The notes below the pieces were generated by a model. That model saw nothing but the letters and a program-made list of their open reading frames with translations, was not told the origin of the DNA and ran no database searches. This document shows positions 1-11,100 of a stretch of DNA of 64,000 nt, piece by piece. Where the stretch lies: positions 7,310-71,309 of the forward strand of contig CAZDSF010000009.1 in assembly GCA_964508025.1 (NCBI GenBank), in the 5' to 3' direction. The position numbers were made by a program, and so were the translations under genes. This DNA comes from an uncultured Anaerolineales bacterium. GTDB taxonomy: Bacteria > Chloroflexota > Anaerolineae > B4-G1 > SLSP01. Each line of letters opens with the position of its first letter. Within the stretch, counting starts at the first letter, position 1.

Positions 1-81
1 GAGCTAACCGCCCAACTGTTCTGATTATAACACGCTTCCCAATTTCGGCAAGACCCATCCAGGAATTTTTCCAGCTATTTT

Positions 82-167
82 TTGACTTTTCTACCGACTA
101 TGATAAGATGGAATACAGAGCCGCGAGCAATGCACTTATTGACTGCTTTATTCAGTTACGATAAGAT
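82..167 (+). promoter_or_regulatory. Two tandem sigma70-like promoter copies (TTGACT-N16-TAAGAT at 82-109; TTGACT-N17-TAAGAT at 139-167) upstream of the PIN/TRAM gene
   Basis: Read directly from the sequence. Both copies share the motif CGATAAGAT. Confidence 0.3.
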
Positions 168-233
168 AAAGTAGACGCCACATTTCACAGGCGGCCGCGT
201 GCGGTCGCCTGCGCTATTATTCATCATGTTTTT

Positions 234-1310
234 ATGGAGGTATTATCGGTGAAAAGTGATCTCGTTACTCGGATTCTGGGAGCATTATTGTTTCTTCTCG
301 GAGGATTGACCCTCGCCGATCAACTTCTGCTCTGGTTTCCGGTATTGGATGCGCGCGTCACCCTCACGCGTGTGATTGGCAGCGTCGTTGGCGCCATCAT
401 TGGCTTCATCATTGCCCCCACCATCAGCATTCGGCCTTTGCGTCGGTTGAAGCAAATCATTCAACAGGTACCTGTCCAAACGCTGATCGCCTGCATCATC
501 GGGCTGTTCCTGGGGCTGGCGCTGGGCGCGTTGATCGCCTATCCGCTTTCTCTGTTGCCCCGTCCCTTGGGGGAATTTTTGCCCATCATCGGCGCTGTCA
601 TCTCCGGCTATCTGGGCGTGATGATTGCCATCATGCGCGCCGATATTGCCCACACCCTGCGCGAGCGTTTTGGCCCCAAGGGCGTCGCAGAATGCCCAGA
701 GGAACCGGGCGCCGCGCGCGCCATCCTGCTGGACACAAGTGTCATCATTGATGGGCGCATCGCCGACATCTGCGCCACCGGTTTCATCCAGGGCGAACTC
801 ATCGTGCCGCTGTTTGTGCTCAACGAGCTGCAACATATCGCCGATTCCGCCGACACGCTGCGCCGCAATCGGGGGCGGCGCGGCCTGGAGATTCTACGCC
901 AGCTACAAGAAGAAGCGCCCGTACCGGTGCGCATCACCGACGAGGATGATGAGACGGTCAAAGAAGTAGATGATAAACTCATCGCGTTGGCGCGCAGGTT
1001 CTCCGGCAAAATTCTCACCAACGACTACAATCTGAACCGGGTAGCCGAACTGCAAGGTGTGGTGGTGCTCAATGTCAATGAGCTGGCAAATGCCGTAAAG
1101 ACAGTGCTATTGCCAGGCGAAACTTTCGCGATTCACGTCATCCAGGCCGGAAAAGAGATTGATCAGGGCGTGGGCTATCTTGATGATGGCACCATGGTCG
1201 TTGTTGAGGATGGTCGCGCCTATATTGGACAGACGGTAGATGTGACGGTAAGCAAGGTGCTGCAAACCGCAGCTGGACGGATGATCTTCGCCCGCCGGGA
1301 CTATGCCTGA
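234..1310 (+). CDS. Membrane-anchored PIN + TRAM domain protein (YacL-like)
   Basis: N-terminal TM helices, a PIN-like core (ILLDTSVIIDGRI...) and a C-terminal TRAM-like beta domain (GQTVDVTVSKVLQ). Sits upstream of cysS-rlmB, as yacL does near cysS-yacO in Firmicutes. Confidence 0.6.
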   Translation: MEVLSVKSDLVTRILGALLFLLGGLTLADQLLLWFPVLDARVTLTRVIGSVVGAIIGFIIAPTISIRPLRRLKQIIQQVPVQTLIACIIGLFLGLALGALIAYPLSLLPRPLGEFLPIIGAVISGYLGVMIAIMRADIAHTLRERFGPKGVAECPEEPGAARAILLDTSVIIDGRIADICATGFIQGELIVPLFVLNELQHIADSADTLRRNRGRRGLEILRQLQEEAPVPVRITDEDDETVKEVDDKLIALARRFSGKILTNDYNLNRVAELQGVVVLNVNELANAVKTVLLPGETFAIHVIQAGKEIDQGVGYLDDGTMVVVEDGRAYIGQTVDVTVSKVLQTAAGRMIFARRDYA

Positions 1311-1429
1311 AAAGAAGCAGCATTGCATTCTGCTAACGTGACCACGCAAGTCGCAAATGGTGTTGTCCAAGCGGAAGGTTTTCAGCCTTCTGCCTTTAGG
1401 CTTTAGCTTTCGTACTTCCGTAGGAGGTG

Positions 1430-2884
1430 ATGATGGCGCTCCGCGTCTTCAATTATCTGAGCAACACCTTGGAACGTTTCGAGCCGCTCACACCGGGCAA
1501 GGTGGGACTGTATGTCTGCGGGCCAACCGTCTACGACCACTCTCATCTGGGACATGCCAAAACTTACATTGCCATGGATGTGATTGCGCGCTATCTCAAA
1601 CACCTGGGCTACCAGGTGCGCCATGTGCGCAACATCACCGATGTGGGCCATCTGCTCGATTCTGGCGAAGATCGCATTCTCAAAGGCGCACGCACGCATC
1701 GTCTGGAACCTATGGAAGTCGTTGAGACCTACATGATGAGTTTCTTCGATGACATGCAAACTCTGGGTGTACAGCGCCCCAATATCTCCCCCCGCGCCAG
1801 CGGCCATATTCCCGAAATCATTCAATGGATCCAGGCGCTTTTGGAGAACGGCAACGCCTATGAAGTGAACGGCAATGTGTATTTCTCGGTGGAGTCTTTC
1901 CCCGACTACGGGAAGCTCTCCAACCGCAGAATTGACGAATTAGAGGCTGGGGCGCGTGTCGAAGTGCGCGAAGAGAAACGGCATCCGGCGGATTTTGCCC
2001 TATGGAAACGCGCCGAACCGGAACATCTGATGCGTTGGCCCAGCCCTTGGGGTGAGGGGTATCCCGGCTGGCATATCGAATGTAGTGTGATGGCGACCAA
2101 GTATCTGGGGCAGCCTTTCGACATTCACGGCGGCGGGCTGGAGAACATTTTCCCCCATAATGAGTGCGAGATCGCCCAGGCCGAATCGCTGCACGGGACC
2201 GACTTCGCCAAATACTGGTTGCTGGTAGGCTCGCTCACGGTCAACAGCGTGAAGATGAGCAAGAGCCTCGGCAACTTCCTCACGATCAAGGATGCTGTGG
2301 CGCTCTACAAACCAGAAGCCATCCGCTATTTCATGCTGAGTAGCCATTATCGCGGCCCGGTGGATTTCAGCCGCGACGCGCTACAAGCGGCGCAACGCGG
2401 CATTGACCGGCTGCACAATACGGTGCTCAAGGTGCGCCGGCGCATGAAATCGGCGATTCCGGCGGGCACGGCTGTGCTGGCCGATGTTTCCTCGCTGGTG
2501 GATTACCGCGAAGCCTTCGAGGAAGCCATGAACGACGACTTCAACACCCCCAAGGCGCTATCCGTTATCTTTGAAATGGTCAAAGAAGCCAACCGGCAGA
2601 TGGACGAGAAAGCCAATTTGAGCATGGGGTCGCTGGCGGCGATGGATAAGCAATTCCGCGATCTGGCGGGCAATGTGATGGGCCTGCTGCCGCCGACGCT
2701 CAGCGAACCAACAATGAGCGATGAATTACTGGATGGAATCATGCAGATTTTGCTCGACCTGCGGCAGGAATACCGAGAAGCCCGGGATTGGAGCCGCGCG
2801 GATATGCTCCGCAACCGGCTGGCGCTGTTGGGCATCACCGTGAACGATGGGCCAGAAGGCAGCACCTGGATGATCGAGAGCTGA
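1430..2884 (+). CDS. cysS: Cysteinyl-tRNA synthetase
   Basis: HIGH-type motif [14 protein letters not shown] and KMSKS motif; full-length class I aaRS. RBS AGGAGG lies 5 nt upstream of the ATG. The start could also be 1427 or 1433. Confidence 0.9.
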   Translation: MMALRVFNYLSNTLERFEPLTPGKVGLYVCGPTVYDHSHLGHAKTYIAMDVIARYLKHLGYQVRHVRNITDVGHLLDSGEDRILKGARTHRLEPMEVVETYMMSFFDDMQTLGVQRPNISPRASGHIPEIIQWIQALLENGNAYEVNGNVYFSVESFPDYGKLSNRRIDELEAGARVEVREEKRHPADFALWKRAEPEHLMRWPSPWGEGYPGWHIECSVMATKYLGQPFDIHGGGLENIFPHNECEIAQAESLHGTDFAKYWLLVGSLTVNSVKMSKSLGNFLTIKDAVALYKPEAIRYFMLSSHYRGPVDFSRDALQAAQRGIDRLHNTVLKVRRRMKSAIPAGTAVLADVSSLVDYREAFEEAMNDDFNTPKALSVIFEMVKEANRQMDEKANLSMGSLAAMDKQFRDLAGNVMGLLPPTLSEPTMSDELLDGIMQILLDLRQEYREARDWSRADMLRNRLALLGITVNDGPEGSTWMIES

Positions 2885-2929
2885 GGGGAGCGAGAGGCCG
2901 CCGCCCGCATTCTTTCTGAGGAGGAAACC

Positions 2930-3676
2930 ATGCGCGAAACCCTGTATGGCCGACAAGCCGTCCGTGAATGCCTGCGCGCGCGACGCCGGGACATTTTCCG
3001 GCTGCTGCTCGCAGAGGGCGCCGTAAACGCCCCTATCATTGATGAGATCGTAGAACTGGCGCAGCAACGCCGGGTGCCCGTGGCGCGCCTCTCACGCCAC
3101 GAGATGGAATCGTTTGCCGGGACGCCAGAGCATCAAGGCGTGGCGCTGGAAACCTCCGGCTATCCCTATGCCTCGGTAGATGACATGCTCAATCTGGCGG
3201 AGGCGCGAAAAGAGGCGCCGCTGCTCCTGCTCCTTGATCTGATCCAGGATGTGCATAACCTGGGCAGCCTGCTCCGCACCGCTGAAGCTGCCGGCGCACA
3301 TGGCATCATCATCCAGGGACGGCGGGCTGCCGGCATCACGCCCACCGCGGTCAACACCTCCTCTGGCGCGGTAGAACACCTGCTGGTAGCGCAAGTCACC
3401 AACCTGTCGCAAGAAATGGAGCACCTCAAAAATGCGCAGGTATGGATCGTGGGCCTGGAGGATGTTTACGGCGCACAGCTTTACACCAACATGGACCTCA
3501 CCGTCCCCTTGGGCTTGGTCATCGGCAGCGAAGGGGAAGGGTTACGCCGCCTGGTTCGAGAACGCTGCGATATGCTGGCGGCCCTGCCAATGCGCGGTGC
3601 CATCAACTCCTTGAACGCGGCAGTGGCTGGCTCCATCGCCCTCTACGAAGTGCTGCGGCAACGTAATCTCGCCTGA
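2930..3676 (+). CDS. rlmB: SpoU/TrmH-family 23S rRNA 2'-O-methyltransferase (RlmB-like)
   Basis: SPOUT motifs (LLLLDLIQDVHNLGSLLRTAEAAG..., VIGSEGEGL); conserved cysS-rlmB synteny. Confidence 0.8.
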   Translation: MRETLYGRQAVRECLRARRRDIFRLLLAEGAVNAPIIDEIVELAQQRRVPVARLSRHEMESFAGTPEHQGVALETSGYPYASVDDMLNLAEARKEAPLLLLLDLIQDVHNLGSLLRTAEAAGAHGIIIQGRRAAGITPTAVNTSSGAVEHLLVAQVTNLSQEMEHLKNAQVWIVGLEDVYGAQLYTNMDLTVPLGLVIGSEGEGLRRLVRERCDMLAALPMRGAINSLNAAVAGSIALYEVLRQRNLA

Positions 3677-3778
3677 GAGCAACCGGGCAACTTTCTGATG
3701 AAGGCAGCGGCGCCACACCGCCTGGCGCCAACAGGAATGAAAACAGCGCGACTTGATCAGTCACGCTGTTTTGATGTC

Positions 3779-3854
3779 TGGCTCCTCGGGTAGGACTCGA
3801 ACCTACAACCAACCGGTTAACAGCCGGCCGCTCTGCCTATTGAGCTACCGAGGA
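3779..3854 (-). tRNA. tRNA-Asn (anticodon GTT)
   Basis: Reverse complement gives TCCTCGGTAGCTCAATAGGCAGAGCGGCCGGCTGTTAACCGGTTGGTTGTAGGTTCGAGTCCTACCCGAGGAGCCA. 7-bp acceptor stem, anticodon loop CTGTTAA, T-loop TTCGAGT, encoded CCA. Confidence 0.9.
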
Positions 3855-3983
3855 TCGGGATGTTGCCCCCATCAAGGCTATATTATACGCCAAACCGAAA
3901 TCCCGTCAAGCGAAAAATTCCGCTCGAAATCTTTAGCTTTAGCCGCTTTTTGTCGCGCCAAACGGGATAATGCTGAACAGTTA

Positions 3984-4487
3984 TCAAGTCGGGTTCGAGT
4001 TCTGTGATCGCAGACGCGGCCACACACGTTGCTGTTTCCAGACCAACCCTGCCTCATCCAACCACGTCCAGATGGTGGAATCAGAAAGATAGACGTTGTG
4101 ACGCTCGACAAAAGCATGTTGTAAGCCTTTCAGATGCCACGAATCGTAGGGATACCCCAAATCTCGCGGCCTTTGCAGCGCCAGTTTGATCAACGCTTGT
4201 TTCACTTCCGGCCCATGGATGGGCGACCGACCGGGGCGCTCACGATCCTCCAGGCCCGCTAACCCCTCAGCATTGAAACGCCGCACCCATATCGGACCAA
4301 CTTGAGGGCTTTGAAAACCTGCCCGCAATCCCGCTTCGGACGCTGTCAGCGTGGGGTCTTCAATCATTGCCGCGATGATTTTTGCTCTTTGTACCAAACG
4401 TGGGGGTTTCAATTCTGATGCCGCTGTCGCCTTAATCGCAATAATCTCTTCATTTTTCATTTTTCTTAAACGCAAATGCTGAGGCAT
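3984..4487 (-). pseudogene. Truncated IS630/Tc1-family transposase (N-terminal HTH region only, no DDE domain)
   Basis: 167-aa ORF with paired HTH motifs typical of IS630 OrfA (ALIKLALQRPRDLGYPYDSWHLKGL..., LSDSTIWTWLDEAGLVWK). The ORF ends before any catalytic domain. Confidence 0.6.
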
Positions 4488-4538
4488 GAATAGAGGACAC
4501 CATGATTATATCTCAGTTATTTAGCGAGAAAATAATTA

Positions 4539-4567
4539 TTGACAAATGGATACCAATGCATTACTAT
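4539..4567 (+). promoter_or_regulatory. Sigma70-like promoter TTGACA-N17-TACTAT inside an AT-rich patch (4490-4640)
   Basis: Near-consensus hexamers with 17-nt spacing; the local AT-rich patch is atypical for this genome. Confidence 0.4.
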
Positions 4568-4813
4568 TGTATTACGAAAGCGTTAATTTTACGTTACGGA
4601 AATTTTAATACACATCTGAGAGCCGAGGCGCCAATAACACTCAAAGCCTCGGAGTTGCGCCGCAAGGCTTCCCCAAATCTGCACACTGGGGAAAGATAAG
4701 GCCACCACAAAAGGACGCCATAAATCGCCTTGAACCATTGCGTATTCTACCCATCTTCCATCTCGAAAGATATCGAAAGGGCACCGAAAGGACACCGAAA
4801 GGACAAAGGAAAA

Positions 4814-5128
4814 ATGACGATCAAAGAGATTCAAATTGCGATTGCGGTGAGCTTGTTCGCAATGGGCCTGTGTTCTTGCATCGCGGGTCTTTGGGCGATG
4901 CTGTCGCGCCGCTACCGACAGATGCTCCACCAAATTTCGGCGCAATCCACGGTGGCGACCAGCAAGGCGCTCACCAATGTGGCGCTGGCGCCATTGGTGG
5001 ATTCGTTCACCGGTTTGGTCAATGCGATCAACGAACTGATCCGCACTTCGATTGGCGTAGGCGTTTTTCTCTGGCTAATTGGCGTAGGACTCTGCATGGC
5101 TGCCTTTTGGATGCTCTCGCTGGTGTGA
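4814..5128 (+). CDS. Small membrane protein (104 aa, 2-3 TM helices)
   Basis: Hydrophobic segments IAIAVSLFAMGLCSCIAGLWAML and IGVGVFLWLIGVGLCMAAFWMLSL; A-rich RBS. Its stop lies 6 nt before the next start. The overlapping 4738-frame reading is low-complexity (rejected). Confidence 0.55.
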   Translation: MTIKEIQIAIAVSLFAMGLCSCIAGLWAMLSRRYRQMLHQISAQSTVATSKALTNVALAPLVDSFTGLVNAINELIRTSIGVGVFLWLIGVGLCMAAFWMLSLV

Positions 5129-5133
5129 GGCGG

Positions 5134-8100
5134 ATGATGACCACACAAGCTACACAAACCGACAGTTGCGACACGGCGCGACGCGCGCTGCCGCTTGAAC
5201 GCCGATTTCTGCTGCAATACCTTCGGGCGGTGCGCGACGCTCCGCGCCTGGCTGCGACGGCGCAACGCTACATCCCGCTGGAACTGCAGCTCGAATCTGG
5301 AGGGGGCGCACAAGATGCCATAGAAGCCACGCGCAATCGAAATGCCATGTTTGTGATCGGGGGGCTGGGCAGCGGCAAAACAACTTTCCTGCATACTCTG
5401 TTTTGGAATCTCGCAGCAGAAGGGCTGGCCGCACCCCACAGTGCAACAAGCCCTATTCCCTTTTTCCTCGATCTGACTGAATTCGATGCCCACACCGCCA
5501 TAGAAACGCTGCTCCTGCATGCGACGCAGCAATACCTACCGGCAGCGACCCCGGAAATAATGGCGGCATTCCTGCGGCAAAGGCAGGCAGTGTACTTGTT
5601 CGATAACGTGGATGCCCTCGAGTCATCCAGCAGGGAGCGACTTTACGCCTGGATTGCTGGCGAGCAACAGGCGCGCCGTGATATTCGCTACATCCTCGCC
5701 TGCCGCCCCGACATGCCAACCTCTGCTGCGTGCACCGTTGCGCTGCCGTTGGAGCAGCTACACCTCCTGCCGTTGCGGGATCGCAGCGTGGATGCCTTCA
5801 TCGAACGGCAGGCTGCGCCAGAAATCGCCGTCACCATCCAGAAACAGTTGCGCCAGGATGCCGCCGTGTGGGAGTTGGCGCATACCCCACTCTTTCTACA
5901 AGCCGCGCTGCGCCTCGCAGAGCGCACGGATGCCCGAACGCCCTGGTGGAGCCGATGTGCAATCATCCAGGAGGCCCTCTCCCTGACGCAGAAGCCTTCC
6001 ACCGCCGGCATAACCGTGTGGCTCAACACGGTGGGGCGCACACTTGCCGAGATCGCCTTCATCCTCCAGCAAGCCCAAACATCGCAGATAGAGGTTTCCA
6101 GGCTCACGGAACTCATCAGCAAGACCGGGTTGCCCGCATCCAGAATCTACGAGAGCGGTTTACTGGTTTCAAAAACCGGCGATGATGAAGTCGCCTTCAT
6201 CCATGGCTTAATTCAGGAATTTTTCGCCGCCCTGGCTTTGAAATTCAGGCTGGGAACAACCTTCTCATGCAGCCATCTCGTGCGCGAGCCACAAAGCCTG
6301 ACCGTGTGGCGCGGCGTCCTAATACAATTGTACGGGCTTGTCGAAGATCGCAAAACCTTAGTTGGGAATTGGGTGGCGGAGGGGGCAACCGCTGGACTGG
6401 CAGAGCTGCTTGCAAACTGCACTGTAAACAATGACCTGCCACACCAACTACCCGAGAAAATCCGAGAGATCGCGCGGCTGACGGAATCCAAAGCCACGCT
6501 CTTCAGGCTCGGCGCGGCGTTGAAACGTCAGGGAGCGACCGAAGCAGCTACGACCGCCTTGCTCGAGACGCTCAATCGCGAAACGGCGACCACAAGTGAA
6601 CGCAGCGCGCACAGCATCGCCCCTACGTCTGACACGGGTGGCACCTCCATGGATCAGATTCGGCAGCGGCTCCAACTGGGACGGATTCAGCGAGAACTGG
6701 ATCGCCCAGCGCAAGCCCTCACGGAGTTGCGCGCCGCCAGCGCCGAGATCGAGCGCCTCCACGCCGAGATCCGTTACGAGATGGGGCTGACCTTCCAGGC
6801 GCAAGGGCAGGCAGAGGCAGCGCTAACGGAATTTCTCCAGGCGCAGGCGCGCGATGCGCACTCGGCGGTGTACGCCTACGAGGTTGGGGCCGCCCTCAAT
6901 CGTTTAGGGCGCTACCGCGATGCGTTGACGCCGCTCAACGCTGCGCTCGAACAGGCGCCAAACATGACGGCTGCCCATCGAGAGCTGGCACATGCCTATG
7001 CGCAGCAACATTGGGCGGAGGAGGCGGAACGCATTCTGGCAAAAGCGCTGGAATTGCAGCCAGAGGATGGCGAGCTGTGCTATGACATGAGCGTCCTGCT
7101 GGCGCAGAGAGGCGCGGCGGCGCAGGCAAAGGTCTACTTGCAGCGCGCGCTCAGCCTGCACCCCGACCGCGCAGCGTGGCACGATGCCCTGGGTAGACTG
7201 CATCAACAAGAGGCAACGGATTTCCATGCCGCCCGGCAGGAGTTTGAACAAGCCATACTGCTCGATCCAACATGCGCCGCGACCTGGGGGCATCTGGGAA
7301 CGCTCTACCAGCGGCAAGGGGAACCGAACAGGGCTGCGGCGTATTTGCACCGTGCAGTAGCGCTCGAACCCGAATGCGCCGCCTGGCATGGCGCGCTGGC
7401 CGACTGTCTGCGTGCGCAGAACAACTTCAGCGAAGCCGCCGCAGCCTACCAACGCGCGTTACAGCTGGGCGCGGAATGCGCAGAACACTATCACGGGCTG
7501 GCAACGTGCCTCTATCACCAGGGATGCCACGAGGAGGCGCTGCTGGCGCTCAGAGAAGCAACGCAACTGGCGCCCGAATTTGCGCCAGCATACGCACTGA
7601 TGGGGCAAATCCATGCGGAGCAGCAACGCCCTGAGGCGGCGCGCCAGGCCCTGCTGCTGGCTTGCGCTACCGAACCGGCGCAGGCGCGCCATTACCAGGC
7701 ATTGAGCCGCTTCTACATCCAGGCAGCCGAGCCGCATCTCGCGCTCGAAGCGGTACAACGCGCGCTGGAAATCCAACCCGATCTTCACAGCGCCTATGAC
7801 CAGCAAGGCCACATCTATGAGCTGCTGGGCGCGGATACTGAAGCCCTTTCCGCCTACACCAAGGCGCTGGCGCTACAACCAACCGAGGGGACTTACGCCC
7901 TTCATGCCGGCATCATCGCGCAACGGCTGGGGCAACACGATGCGGCGCTGGCGTTTTTGAAGCAGGCGGAACCGCTGCTGCCAGACAATCCCGCGCTGTA
8001 CTATCACTTGGGCGAGCTCTACCAGGAGCGCCGCGACTACGAAAACGCCCGTGCTGGCTTCCATAAGAGCGTGACCTTACAGCCGGATGAGCCGGCCTAT

Positions 8101-11100
8101 CACGCGCGGCTCGCCGCGACAGCCTACCGCCTGGGACGTCTGGATGAGGCGCAACGCGAAGCTCTCAACGCGCTCAAACTTAAGCCCGGCGCAGCAGAAC
8201 TCTATAGCCTGTTGGGTCAAATTGCAGAAACGGAAGCGCGTCACGAAGAAGCGCGCGCCTATTATCAAGAGGCGCTCACGGCAGAACCAGAAGCGATAAC
8301 CCACCGTTGCCGGCTGGCAGCCCTGTATCGCCGACTGGAACGCCACACAGAAGCCGAAGCCGTGCTCATGGAGGCGCTGGAAATCGCGCCGACGAACGCA
8401 ACGCTGTACCACGAACTGGCGCAACTCCACGAGGCTCGCGGTGCAACAGCGCTGGCGCTGGAAGCCTATGCGCAAGCCATCGCGCTCGATCCGCAGCAAC
8501 CGGAATTTCTACTCAGCAAAGGCCGCTTCCTACGGCAACTACAGCGTCTCAACGATGCGCTGACAATGTTGGAGCGGGCGCTGAGGCTCGATCCCACATT
8601 GGCTGAGGCGCATTACCAGCTCGGGCAGATCTACGAGCTGCAGGGGCAAGCACAAAATGCCATGAGCGCCTATCGTCAAGCCATCGCTGCCGCGCCGGAG
8701 AGGGCCGAGCCGGCCTACGCTTATGCACGCCTGTGCCTGCAAGCGCATAACATCGAAGCGGCTATCAGCAGCTTACAGACAGTCGTGCAACTGCGCCCCG
8801 ATTGGGCGGAAGCGCATTACCAGCTCGGCAGCGCGTATCACCAACAACACGCCTGGGATGCTGCGCATGTGCATCTCGAACGCGCCAGCGCGCTAGCGCC
8901 GGAAAACGCCGCCTATCGCGCCGCTATTGGAGCCAACTACCAGCAATCAGGCAACTTCACAGAGGCGTTAACCGCTTACCAGATAGCCGGACATCTGGCG
9001 CCGGAGAACATCCACTACCGCCGGATCATCGCGGGGCTTTACAGACAGCTGGGTCAGGTAGATGATGCACTGGCTACGCTGAGAGACGCGCTCAATCTGG
9101 ATCCGGAGAATCCAGGGCTGTATGCCGAGTTGGGACAGACGTTAATCGCCAAGGGCCAGTTGAGCGAGGCGCTCAGTCAATACTTAAACGCGGCAGACCT
9201 GGCGCCGCACAGAGCAGAGTATTACCGGCAGATGGGCGTGATTTTGCGCCAGTTAGGAGACCAGAATCAGGCGCTCAAGATGTTGAAAACAGCCGCCGAA
9301 CTGGCGCCTGAAGATGCCGAAGTGCACGATGCCTTGGGACAACTCTATCACGAACGCGCGCAATACATCGCAGCCGTGACAGAGTTCGAGGAAGCCGTGA
9401 CATTGGCGCCTGAAATGGCCGTTTACTGGCAGCGCTTTTCTCGCAGCTTGTGCGCCTTGGAGCGCTACGAACGCGCGTTGGAGGCGGCGCAGCGCGCCAT
9501 TGCGCTCGCGCCACATGCCGCGGAAATGCACGCCCAGCTTGCCGCCATCTATGCGCAACAGCAACACTTCGAAGAAGCGCTCAGCGAATATCGCTATGCC
9601 AGCGCGCAAGAACCGCAAAATCCGATCTACCACTGCGCTGTGGGCGCCACCCTCTACGCACTGGAACAGTTTGAGCCGGCGATCCAGGCGCTTAGTGAGG
9701 CGATACAACACAATCCCGGAAGCGCCGAAGCCTACCGCTGGTTGGGCGCAATCTATGCGCGGCAGGGAGAAACAGAGAACGCTCTGAATGCTTATCAGAA
9801 CGCGATCAAGTTGGAGCCTGAAAACCCCATCCATCAACACAACATCGGGCTGTTTCTCTGGCATCTTCAACGCTATGAGGAGGCGCACGCAGCGCTACAG
9901 CGGGCGCTTGCTCTCAATCCCGATGACGCCGAAGCGCACTACATTCTAGGGCAGTTATACGAAACGCGAGGAGAAAATGCAAATGCCCTCGATCAATATC
10001 ACCAGGCAAGCCTGTTACAACCCAAGCAGCGCGACTATCGGCAAGCTTATGGGATTGCCCTGCGGCAAGCGCAACGTTACGAAGAAGCGCGCCAGGTCTT
10101 GACTGAGATTCTGGCAGAAGATACCGCAAACGCGGAGGTGTATTGGCAGATGGGCGCACTATTCGAAGCCACAGGCGACTTGCAAGCCGCGTGGCAGGCT
10201 TACACCAAAGCGGCAACCCTCCAACCAGCGGCGCTGCGCTATCAGCTGCATGCCGCAATGGCTCTCGGCGCGCTGGGAAGGCAAGCCCTGTTATTGCAGC
10301 AGGCAGGTATGGCAACCGACATGCCCGCTGGAACGGAGATCGCCAGCGTCATCCACAACCTGCGCCAGGCGCTTACGCACAGCCAGGACGATACGGCAAC
10401 ACGCGCAGCGCTGGGCGAGATTCTGATGCTGAACGGCGAAACGGAAGAAGCCATTCTGCACCTGCAACGCGCGGTGGAAGCCGCTCCGCACAGTGCTGCA
10501 TATCATCGCAATCTGGGTACCGCATTCCGGCTCAAAGGCGACTTCCAGCAAAGCCTGCGCGAACTGCGCGTGGCTGATGTTCTCGCCCCTGAGGATCCCG
10601 AAATTCAATACGAGCTGGCATTGAGCTACCGCGCCCTGGGAGAAACCGCAGAAGCGGCCAGGAAACTGGCAAAAGCCGCAGAAGCCAAACCCGCTGAAGC
10701 ACTGTATCAATACGCGCTAGGACAGACCTTGCGGCAAGTGGGACACCTTCAAGAAGCCAGCGCCGCGTTATCCAAAGCCATCAACCTGAATGCCGGCGTC
10801 GCGGCGTGGTATCACGAATTGGGGAATATCTTCTACGCACAGCGCCGCAATCACGTCGCCCTCGAACAACATCTGCGGGCTGCCGAGCTCGAACCGGAGA
10901 ATGCGGCATATCTGCACGCCGCTGCCCGCGCCTACAGCGACATCGGGAACGACAAACAAGCCATCCTGCTCCTGGAACAAGCGTTGCAACGCGAGCCATC
11001 CAAAACGGATTGGTGGCTGGAGCTTGGAGACGCCTATCAACGCCAGACACACACCCTCCAGGCGCGCGAAGCCTATCAGCAAGCGGCGACACTGGCGCCA

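Noticed and set aside
4738-5133. 5' extension of the giant ORF back to 4738
   Set aside because: Its translation is low-complexity (G/R-rich). The overlapping frame encodes a convincing TM protein with an RBS, and an in-frame ATG at 5134 directly follows that gene's stop.
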